NCBI GenBank assembly: GCA_964291285.2
Contig: OZ219787.1
Span: forward strand, 640,001 to 704,000
Origin: Alphaproteobacteria bacterium
GTDB taxonomy: Bacteria; Pseudomonadota; Alphaproteobacteria; Bin95
Direction: 5' to 3'
Length of the DNA: 64,000 bases
Position numbers and translations under genes: made by a program. This document shows, in pieces, positions 56,522-64,000 of the stretch (positions within the stretch are counted from its first letter, which is position 1; each line of letters begins with the position of its first letter). The notes below the pieces were generated by a model. That model saw only the letters and a program-made list of their open reading frames with translations, searched no databases and had not been told where the DNA came from.

Positions 56522-56845
56522 CTATTGTGCCACCGAGCGCGCCGTCGGAACCACGCGGGTGACCTGGATCAGGTCGCGGTCGATGAGGTCCACGACCTTG
56601 GGCGCGACCTCGTTCTTCCAGAAATCGCTCTCGTAAACGGCGGCGTAGAGCGCTTCGCGGCTCTCTTCGCTCTCGAAACGGCGCGTCCAGAAATAGACCG
56701 AGTCGTCCTCCTCGCCGCGGTAGCTGCCGGTGATGACCATGCCCTTGGAGACCTGAAACGGGATGATCGTCCCCTCCATGAACTCGAGCCACTGTTCCAT
56801 CTTGCCGGGCCGGACCGTGTACCGGCGAAGCTCGTAAAACGCCAT
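56522..56845 (-). CDS. NIPSNAP family protein
   Basis: FYELRRYTVRPGKM...W.RRFESEESRE...VYES. Confidence 0.88.
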   Translation of the reverse strand: MAFYELRRYTVRPGKMEQWLEFMEGTIIPFQVSKGMVITGSYRGEEDDSVYFWTRRFESEESREALYAAVYESDFWKNEVAPKVVDLIDRDLIQVTRVVPTARSVAQ

Positions 56846-56989
56846 TCGGATGCTCCCTTCTCTTCCGGAAATGCCGGGCGATCCTGCATCGATACCCCGG
56901 CGGAAGGAGCGCGACAAGCGGCATAGGATGGGGCAACCGCTTCCGCGGCCGTTCTGCTATGCTTGCCCGCAAACGACGGGAGACGGGCC

Positions 56990-57328
56990 ATGACGAGAAT
57001 AATCGCCGTAGTCACCTACGGATTGCCGGAAGGCACCGACCGGGAAACGGCCGTGCAGATGTTCCGCGATTCGATCCCGCGCTACATGGCCACCGAGGGG
57101 CTGATCCGCAAGAACGTCCTCTACAGGGACGGCCTCGGCGGGGGAATCTATCTCTGGGAGTCCCGCGAAGCAGCGGAGAAGGGCTACAACGCCGAATGGG
57201 TCGCCTACATGACGGCGAAATACGACCACCCGCCGCAGATCGAGATGTATGAGATGCCCATCACGATGGACCGGGAATACAACACGGTTTACGACGAGGG
57301 CGCGGCCTACGACGAAGCGGCCGAGTAG
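56990..57328 (+). CDS. YdhR-like putative monooxygenase (dimeric alpha-beta barrel)
   Basis: GLIRKNVL...GGGIYLWESREAA pattern. Confidence 0.75.
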   Translation: MTRIIAVVTYGLPEGTDRETAVQMFRDSIPRYMATEGLIRKNVLYRDGLGGGIYLWESREAAEKGYNAEWVAYMTAKYDHPPQIEMYEMPITMDREYNTVYDEGAAYDEAAE

Positions 57329-57349
57329 CCGCCCCGCCATAGTTTCCCC

Positions 57350-57384
57350 AAAGCCGGCGCCGGTGAGGCCGCGCCGGCTTTTTT
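57350..57384. terminator. Rho-independent terminator, probably bidirectional
   Basis: AAAGCCGGCGC-N10-GCGCCGGCTTTTTT between convergent genes. Confidence 0.8.
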
Positions 57385-57394
57385 CTTCAGCGCG

Positions 57395-58243
57395 CTACTC
57401 CGCGGCCAGCGTGTCCGCTGTGGCCGGCGCGTCGGCCTGCGCGCGGTCCATTGCTTCCCAGTCGAACAGCGCGGGCTGCTTCTCGACGAAGCGGGCAACC
57501 GCCGCCGCGTGGTACTCGGAGCCGGACGCGACCGACTGGGCGAAGGCCTCCATCTCCAGCATGGTGCGGTGGTCGAGGTTGAAGGACTGGTTGAGGATGG
57601 TCTTGGAAAGGCCGATGGCGGTCGTCGAGGCCTTCGTGAAACGCCCCGCCAGCTCTCGCGCCGCGTCCATGAGCGCGTCTTCCTCGTGCAGCTCATGGAC
57701 GATGCCGTATTCCCTGGCCTCGGCCGCGCCGAGCTTGCGGGCGCTGAAGATCAGTTCCTTCGCCCTTTGCAGCCCGACGATGCGCGGCAGCAGGTAGAAG
57801 CCCGACCAGTCGGGCACCAGCCCGATGCGCCCGAAAGCCTGCATGAAGATCGAACGCGGCGTGGCGAGGATGAAGTCACAAGCGAGCGCAAGGTTGCAGC
57901 CGGCCCCGGCGGCCGCGCCGTTGACCGCAGCAATGACCGGCATTTCCAGGTTCATGAGGTCGTAGAAGCGGTTGTGGCCCTCGCGCATCCGCCGGCGATT
58001 GAACTCGGCGCCCTTCTGGCGCGACTGCATCGCCTTCACATCGCCCCCGGCGCAGAACGCCCGGCCCGCCCCGGTGACGATCGCCGCCTTGATGCTGCGC
58101 CCGCCCTCGCGCTTGAGCTCGGCCAACACGGCGTCGAGCTCGGACCGCATGGGCTCCGAGAGCGCATTGCGCGCCTCCGGACGGTTGAGCGTAATCGTCG
58201 CAATCTCGTCGGCCACATCGAAGATCAGATGCTGAAATGCCAT
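57395..58243 (-). CDS. Enoyl-CoA hydratase/isomerase family protein
   Basis: TLNRPEARNAL, FCAGGDV, NGAAAGAG, IGLVPDW. Confidence 0.93.
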   Translation of the reverse strand: MAFQHLIFDVADEIATITLNRPEARNALSEPMRSELDAVLAELKREGGRSIKAAIVTGAGRAFCAGGDVKAMQSRQKGAEFNRRRMREGHNRFYDLMNLEMPVIAAVNGAAAGAGCNLALACDFILATPRSIFMQAFGRIGLVPDWSGFYLLPRIVGLQRAKELIFSARKLGAAEAREYGIVHELHEEDALMDAARELAGRFTKASTTAIGLSKTILNQSFNLDHRTMLEMEAFAQSVASGSEYHAAAVARFVEKQPALFDWEAMDRAQADAPATADTLAAE

Positions 58244-58343
58244 CGGGGCGTTCCTCTGTCAGGTCGTTGCATTCCTCGCGAACATAGCGGACGCGGCGCG
58301 GCGGGCAATCTGCCGGCGCCCCCGCCGGCAACGCCTGTCCACC

Positions 58344-59498
58344 TCAATGCCCGAAGGCGGGCATAACGTCCTCCGCCACGCGGTCGAACTGCTCCAGCAT
58401 CTGGGCGGTCGGCGTGCCCATGCTGGTGGAGACGTTGATGTGCTCCATGCCGGGGTAGCGTTCTTCCAGCTGCTTCAGGCGCTCGACCAGCTCCTCGGCG
58501 GTGCCCGCGAACCAGGCGCCGAGGTCCATGAAATGCTCCAGCCTCGGCACGCCGTTTCCGTACCAGCCGCCCCGGCGCGATGCCGCCTTCACGCCTTCGG
58601 GCGAAATGCCCGGCACGAAGCCCAGCGGTGCGAATATCTTCACATGCTCCTCATAGAGCGGTGTCATTTCGCGGACCGCCTGTTCCTTCGTGTCGGCGAG
58701 ATAGAAGAAAATCCCGATCGTCAGGTTCTCGCCGAGCTCTAGGTCGAGGCCGGCGCGGGCCGCCGCGTCCCGGTAGCCCTGGATCGGTCCTTCCGCCATG
58801 GTCGCCGCGCCGCCGCCGACGGCGCCCTTGATGCCGTGCCGGACCATGAAGTCCAGCCCGCGCGGATTGGCGCTCACCACCGGTTGCCAGCATTCCACAG
58901 GCAGATTGACCGGGCGCGGCACGAGCGTGATCTCCTCCAGGTCGTAGCCGCGATAGGGCACACGCGGCGGCAGGGTGTAGTGGCTGCCCTCATGGCGGAA
59001 GCTCTCCTCGTTGAACGCTTTGAACATGATCTCGACCTGCTCCTCGAACAGGTCCCGGTTGGCGGTCTGGTCCTGCATCGGCGCGCCGAAGGTCTCGACC
59101 TCGCGGGTGTGGTAGCCGCGCCCGACGCCGAACACGGTGCGCCCCTCTGTCAGGATGTCGGCTGTGGCGAAATCCTCCGCAAGCCGCAGCGGATGCCACA
59201 TCGGCGCGATGTTGAAGCCGCAGCCGATCCTGAGCGAGCGGGTGATATGAGCCAGATGCACCGCGCACATGAGAATGTTCGGGATGCACTCATAGCCCTC
59301 ATGCTGGAAATGGTGCTCAGCCAACCAGAGCGTGTCGAAGCCGATCTCGTCCAGCTTCTGCGCCACCGCGTCGGTCTTGGCGAAGACGGACGCGAGCGCC
59401 TCGTTGGAGTAGCGGCGCTCGTCGGCGGGGGTCGCATCCTGCCCCCGGTCCGGCAGGTCGATATGGCCGGGATAGACGGTGGTGAACTTGCGGATCAT
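58344..59498 (-). CDS. LLM class flavin-dependent oxidoreductase (luciferase-like)
   Basis: GFDTLWLAEHHF, WHPLRLAEDFATADIL..GR..FGVGRGY; start placed at MIRKF. Confidence 0.92.
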   Translation of the reverse strand: MIRKFTTVYPGHIDLPDRGQDATPADERRYSNEALASVFAKTDAVAQKLDEIGFDTLWLAEHHFQHEGYECIPNILMCAVHLAHITRSLRIGCGFNIAPMWHPLRLAEDFATADILTEGRTVFGVGRGYHTREVETFGAPMQDQTANRDLFEEQVEIMFKAFNEESFRHEGSHYTLPPRVPYRGYDLEEITLVPRPVNLPVECWQPVVSANPRGLDFMVRHGIKGAVGGGAATMAEGPIQGYRDAAARAGLDLELGENLTIGIFFYLADTKEQAVREMTPLYEEHVKIFAPLGFVPGISPEGVKAASRRGGWYGNGVPRLEHFMDLGAWFAGTAEELVERLKQLEERYPGMEHINVSTSMGTPTAQMLEQFDRVAEDVMPAFGH

Positions 59499-59589
59499 GC
59501 AAACCTCCAGAAGAGCCGGGCGCCTGCGGCACCGGGCGGAAGGCAAGGCGGAAACGCTCTTTGCCGGGAGCCGGGCAAGCGGGGAAAGT

Positions 59590-59681
59590 TGGCGGACAGG
59601 GAGGGATTCGAACCCTCGGTACGCCTGTTGACGTACGACGGATTAGCAATCCGCTGGTTTAAGCCACTCACCCACCTGTCC
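59590..59681 (-). tRNA. tRNA-Ser(GCT)
   Basis: Reverse complement reads GGACAGGTGGGTGAGTGGCTTAAACCA-GCGGA-TTGCTAA-TCCGT-long variable arm-GGTTCGAATCC-CTCCCTGTCCGCCA. Confidence 0.96.
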
Positions 59682-59819
59682 CGAAAGCCGGCGAGACTTA
59701 CAGAATCCGGGCCCCCGGCGTCAACGCCCAAACGGCGCTGAGAAACCCGCCGGTCGGTCTTCGAACCGGCTCGCGGGATGTGCTACACTCCCGCTGGCGT
59801 CAACCCCGCGAGAAGCCCC

Positions 59820-60350
59820 ATGATCCGTTCCTGTCTCGTCGCCGCCGCCATCGCCGGGCTCCTGGCTGGCTGCGGCGACGCCAAGGTAGAGCATGATTAT
59901 CCCGACCCGCTGTATCGGCACCTGCCGGGAAGCCAAGGCTCAAGCTACCTTCCGAAAGAAGGCGCACAGGGAATCTTCGGGGAGGGCGGCATCAATCTTC
60001 TTGGAGGAGAGGAGCAGCAGGGCGGCGGTTCCGGGATCGGCGTCAACAGTTTCCTGTGGCGCGCTTCGCTCGACACGCTGTCCTTCATGCCGCTGGCCTC
60101 GGCGGACCCCTTTGGCGGCGTCATCATCACCGAGTGGTTCGCGCCGCCCGAAACGCCGAACGAACGCTTCAAGGTCACGGTGTATATCCTCGACAGGCAG
60201 CTTCGGGCCCACGGCCTAAAAGTCGCGGTATTCCGCCAGGAGAAAGGCGAAGCCGGCTGGGTCGATGCGGCGGTGGACAGCGCCACCCTCACCGAAATCG
60301 AGAACAACATCCTGGTCCGGGCGAGGGAACTGCGCATCGCCAGCCTGTAG
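59820..60350 (+). CDS. DUF3576 domain-containing lipoprotein
   Basis: Lipobox LAGC; GVNSFLWRASLDTLSFMPLASADPFGGVIITEW; upstream of leuS. Confidence 0.9.
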   Translation: MIRSCLVAAAIAGLLAGCGDAKVEHDYPDPLYRHLPGSQGSSYLPKEGAQGIFGEGGINLLGGEEQQGGGSGIGVNSFLWRASLDTLSFMPLASADPFGGVIITEWFAPPETPNERFKVTVYILDRQLRAHGLKVAVFRQEKGEAGWVDAAVDSATLTEIENNILVRARELRIASL

Positions 60351-60374
60351 CATCCGGGGACACGGAGCGCCTTC

Positions 60375-62927
60375 ATGGCCCGATACGACCACCGCGAAGC
60401 CGAGCCTTACTGGCGCGGGCGATGGGAAGAAGCCGGCTGTTTCACGGCCCGCGAGGATGCTTCGCGCCCGAAATACTACGTGATGGAGATGTTCCCCTAC
60501 CCTTCGGGGCGCATCCATATGGGTCATGTGCGCAATTTCACGCTGGGCGATGTCGTCGCCCGCTACAAGCGCGCGCAGGGCTTCAACGTGCTGCACCCGA
60601 TGGGCTGGGACGCCTTCGGCCTGCCGGCGGAGAACGCCGCCTTCGAAGCCGGCGTCCATCCCGGCGTCTGGACGCGCCGGAACATCGCCACCATGAAGGC
60701 GCAGCTTTCGACCATGGGCCTCTCCTACGACTGGGACCGGGAGCTTTCGACCTGCGAGCCCGAATATTTCAAGCATGAGCAGGCGATGTTCCTCGACTTC
60801 CTGGAGAAAGGGCTCGCATACCGGCGCAAGTCCTGGGTCAACTGGGACCCGGTCGAGAACACCGTGCTCGCCAACGAGCAGGTGATCGACGGCCACGGCT
60901 GGCGTTCGGGCGCTCCGGTCGAACGGCGGGAACTGGCCCATTGGTTCCTGAAGATCACGGCTTATAGCGACGAATTGCTCGAGGCGCTCGACGGGCTGGA
61001 CCGCTGGCCGGACCGCGTGCGGCTGATGCAGGCAAACTGGATCGGCCGCTCGGACGGCGCGCGGGTCGGTTTCCGGCTCAAGGGACGCGCCGATACGCTC
61101 GAGGTCTTCACCACCCGGCACGACACGCTGTTCGGCGCCTCCTTCATGGCGATCTCGCCGGACCATCCGCTCGCGCAGGAAATCGCGGCGAAAGACCCGG
61201 ACATGGAAGCCTTCATCGCCGAATGCCGCAGCCTCGGCACCAGCGAAGCTGCAATTGAGCAGGCGGAGAAGCGCGGCCGGGATACCGGGCTGAGGGCCTT
61301 GCACCCGTTCGACGAAGGCGTGGAACTGCCTGTCTATGTCGCGAATTTCGTGCTCATGGACTATGGCAGCGGGGCCATTTTCGGCTGCCCCGGCCATGAC
61401 CAGCGGGACCTCGATTTCGCCCGCGCTTACGGCCTGCCGGTGCTCCCCGTCGTCTGCCCGCCCGACGCGGCCCCCGGGAGTTTCGAGATCGAGGCGGAGG
61501 CCTATACCGGCGAGGGGCGGCTCATCAACTCGTCCTTCCTGGACGGGCTCGACGTGCCGGAGGCCAAGCGCAGCATGGGCGAGCGGCTGGAGGCGCTGGG
61601 CATCGGCGAGCGCACGGTGCAGTACCGGCTGCGGGACTGGGGCGTCTCCCGCCAGCGTTACTGGGGCTGCCCGGTCCCGGTCATCCATTGCGGCGCCTGC
61701 GGCATCGTGCCCGTGCCGCGCGCCGACCTGCCCGTGACGCTGCCCGACGACGTGACCTTCGATGCGCCTGGCAATCCGCTGGACCGGCACCCGACCTGGA
61801 AGCATGTCCCCTGCCCGTCCTGCGGTGCCCCCGCCGAGCGCGAGACCGACACCTTCGACACATTCTTCGAGTCCTCCTGGTATTTCGCCCGTTACTGCTC
61901 GCCGGGCGTCGAGGACCGGCCGTTCGACCGCGAGGCCGTGGATTACTGGATGCCGGTGGACCAGTATATCGGCGGCGTCGAGCATGCCGTACTGCATCTG
62001 CTCTATTCCCGCTTCTTCAGCCGGGCCATGAAGGAATGCGGCTATATCGGGGTCGAGGAGCCCTTCGCCGGCCTCTTCACCCAGGGCATGGTTTGCCACG
62101 AGACCTACCGGGCCCAGGACGGGGGCTGGCTGCAGCCGAACGAGGTGGAAGACGACGGCCAGGGGGGCAAGCGGCGCTCCTCGGACGGGGCGCCGGTTTC
62201 GGTCGGCCGGTCCGAGAAGATGAGCAAATCGAAGAAGAATGTCGTCGATCCCGAGGAGATCATCGAACGCTACGGCGCCGACGTGGCCCGCCTGTTCATG
62301 CTCTCCGACAGTCCGCCGGCGCGCGACCTGGACTGGACCGAGGCGGGCGTGGAAGGCGCATGGCGCTATCTAAACCGGCTCTGGCGGCTGGTGGACGAGG
62401 CGCCGGACGCGCCGGGCGGGGCGGGGACGAGCGATGCGGCGGAGGCGCTGAGGAACGTCGCGCACAGGACCGTGGACGCGATGACCGGCGATCTCGAGCG
62501 CTTCCATTTCAACCGGGCGGTGGCGCGGGTCCGCGAGCTGACAAATGCGCTGGCGGATGCCCTGCCCGCTGCCGACCCGGCGATGGCGGCCGCATATCGC
62601 GAGAGCGTCGGGACGGCCGTGCGCCTGATCGCCCCGATGACGCCCCATCTGGCGGAAAGCTGCTGGCGAAGGCTCGGCGGGGAGGGCCTGCTTGCGGACC
62701 AGCCCTGGCCGGTCGCCGACCCTCTGCGGCTCACCGAAGACATCGTGGTGCTGCCCGTACAGGTGAACGGCAAGCTGCGCGGCCAGCTGGAGGTGGCGCG
62801 CGGTTTGGAGGCGGCGGATGTCGAGGCGGCGGCGCTCGCGCTTGCCGGCGTGCAACGGCAGCTCGAAGGCCGGCCGCCCCGCCGGGTCGTCGTCGTGCCC
62901 GACAAGATCGTCAATGTCGTGGCCTGA
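60375..62927 (+). CDS. leuS: Leucine--tRNA ligase
   Basis: [13 protein letters not shown] (HIGH-like), editing-domain TTRHDT, KMSKS. Confidence 0.99.
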   Translation: MARYDHREAEPYWRGRWEEAGCFTAREDASRPKYYVMEMFPYPSGRIHMGHVRNFTLGDVVARYKRAQGFNVLHPMGWDAFGLPAENAAFEAGVHPGVWTRRNIATMKAQLSTMGLSYDWDRELSTCEPEYFKHEQAMFLDFLEKGLAYRRKSWVNWDPVENTVLANEQVIDGHGWRSGAPVERRELAHWFLKITAYSDELLEALDGLDRWPDRVRLMQANWIGRSDGARVGFRLKGRADTLEVFTTRHDTLFGASFMAISPDHPLAQEIAAKDPDMEAFIAECRSLGTSEAAIEQAEKRGRDTGLRALHPFDEGVELPVYVANFVLMDYGSGAIFGCPGHDQRDLDFARAYGLPVLPVVCPPDAAPGSFEIEAEAYTGEGRLINSSFLDGLDVPEAKRSMGERLEALGIGERTVQYRLRDWGVSRQRYWGCPVPVIHCGACGIVPVPRADLPVTLPDDVTFDAPGNPLDRHPTWKHVPCPSCGAPAERETDTFDTFFESSWYFARYCSPGVEDRPFDREAVDYWMPVDQYIGGVEHAVLHLLYSRFFSRAMKECGYIGVEEPFAGLFTQGMVCHETYRAQDGGWLQPNEVEDDGQGGKRRSSDGAPVSVGRSEKMSKSKKNVVDPEEIIERYGADVARLFMLSDSPPARDLDWTEAGVEGAWRYLNRLWRLVDEAPDAPGGAGTSDAAEALRNVAHRTVDAMTGDLERFHFNRAVARVRELTNALADALPAADPAMAAAYRESVGTAVRLIAPMTPHLAESCWRRLGGEGLLADQPWPVADPLRLTEDIVVLPVQVNGKLRGQLEVARGLEAADVEAAALALAGVQRQLEGRPPRRVVVVPDKIVNVVA

Positions 62928-63432
62928 GAAGCTTGTGGCCGCCGTCGCCGGGCTGCTGCTCGGCGCCATGCTCGCCGGCTGCACCCTCGAGCCCGTCCAT
63001 GCGCGGCGGCCCCAGCAGGGACCCGATGTCACCGCGGCCATGGCGCAGGTCGAGGTGGAGCCGATTCCGGACCGGGTCGGCGTGTTGCTGCGCCGCCGGC
63101 TGGAGGAGCGCCTCGCTCCGGGTGGACCCCGCCTTCCTGCGGAATACCGGCTGCGCGTGCGGCTGCGTTCGTCTTCGGCCGGCTCGCTCATCGGCAAGAG
63201 CGAGAGGGTGACCCGCTCCGACCTGACGCTGACTGCCGAGTTCCAACTCTTCGAGCGTGGCGACGAACAGCCGGTGCAGCAGGGCTGGGCGCGCTCGGTC
63301 CACAGCCACGACGTGCTGGACTCCGCCTTTGCGACGCGGGCGGCGGAACGCGCAGCGCGCGACCGCGGCGTCGATGCGTTGAGCGCCCAGATCGCGCGCC
63401 GCCTCGCGCTCTTTTTCCGCAACGGGAAATAG
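62914..63432 (+). CDS. lptE: LPS assembly lipoprotein LptE
   Basis: Lipobox LAGC; position between leuS and holA. Confidence 0.8.
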   Translation: MSWPEKLVAAVAGLLLGAMLAGCTLEPVHARRPQQGPDVTAAMAQVEVEPIPDRVGVLLRRRLEERLAPGGPRLPAEYRLRVRLRSSSAGSLIGKSERVTRSDLTLTAEFQLFERGDEQPVQQGWARSVHSHDVLDSAFATRAAERAARDRGVDALSAQIARRLALFFRNGK

Positions 63433-63437
63433 GCCGG

Positions 63438-64000
63438 ATGAAGCTCGCCGGCCGGCAGATTGCCGCGTTCCTGCGCGATGTGCCGCCGCCCGAACTGCTC
63501 GCCGTCCTTCTCTACGGACCCGACGAAGGGCTGGTGCGGGAACGCGCGCGCCTGCTGGCCGGCAAGGTCGTCGAGGACATCCGGGACCCTTTCCGGGTCG
63601 CGACACTCACCGGGCCGGACCTGAAGGCGGACCCGGCGCTGCTGGCCGACGAGGCGGCCGCCATTTCGCTCACCGGCGGCAAGCGGCTGGTGCGGCTGCG
63701 CGCCGCCGGCGACGATTGCGCGAAGGCGCTTGAGGCCGTTCTGGAAGGGCCCGCCGCCGATGCGCTCATCGTGGTCGAGGCGGGCGATCTTCCGCCGCGC
63801 TCCGGGCTGCGCAAGCTGGCCGAATCGCACAGCCGGGCCGCCGCCCTGCCCTGCTACGCGGATGACGACGACGCCGTCTCCCGGCTGGTGGAGCACGCCG
63901 TGCGGAGCGTCGGCGCGAAAATCGAGCCGGACGCGCTCGCCTTCGCCGCGGACCATCTCGGCAACGACCGGATGACGACCCGCATGGAGGCGGAAAAGCT
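63438..64000 (+). CDS. holA: DNA polymerase III subunit delta, 5' part; runs off the window
   Basis: Not in the ORF track. Translation: MKLAGRQIAAFL...LAVLLYGPDEGLVRERA...DPALLADEAAAISLTGGKRLV...LPCYADD. Confidence 0.93.
   Translation, partial: MKLAGRQIAAFLRDVPPPELLAVLLYGPDEGLVRERARLLAGKVVEDIRDPFRVATLTGPDLKADPALLADEAAAISLTGGKRLVRLRAAGDDCAKALEAVLEGPAADALIVVEAGDLPPRSGLRKLAESHSRAAALPCYADDDDAVSRLVEHAVRSVGAKIEPDALAFAADHLGNDRMTTRMEAEK

Overview
High-GC alphaproteobacterial chromosome segment, judged from conserved gene orders: tRNA-Leu-tig-clpP-clpX-lon-hup-tRNA-Val, secB-fxsA-tim44, fabI-aroC and DUF3576-leuS-lptE-holA. Many stand-alone catabolic genes are interspersed (CoA transferases, LLM monooxygenases, TauD dioxygenase, GMC oxidoreductase, UbiD, a Mo-hydroxylase large subunit, a fluoroacetate-dehalogenase-like hydrolase). 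There are three tRNAs and three insertion sequences with identifiable inverted repeats and target duplications: ISAs1 (17429-18644), IS1595 (22489-24913) and IS1634 (43801-45814). Two observations stand out. (1) The IS1595 element carries a passenger gene encoding a DNA methyltransferase fused to a C-terminal HNH nuclease. (2) A ~450-490 bp non-coding element occurs twice in opposite orientation (22354-25240 and 43587-46090). It only becomes visible after removing the different IS that splits each copy. Each copy lies between convergent genes, starts with a conserved AT-rich promoter-like block, contains hairpins with compensatory changes, and ends in 10-bp-phased CATGACA repeats. It is a candidate undescribed structured ncRNA or mobile element. 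Three genes carry small lesions: a 5-bp duplication in hspQ, an in-frame TAG in an esterase, and a +1 frame offset at the MTase N-terminus. All family calls come from motif recognition by eye, with no database search.
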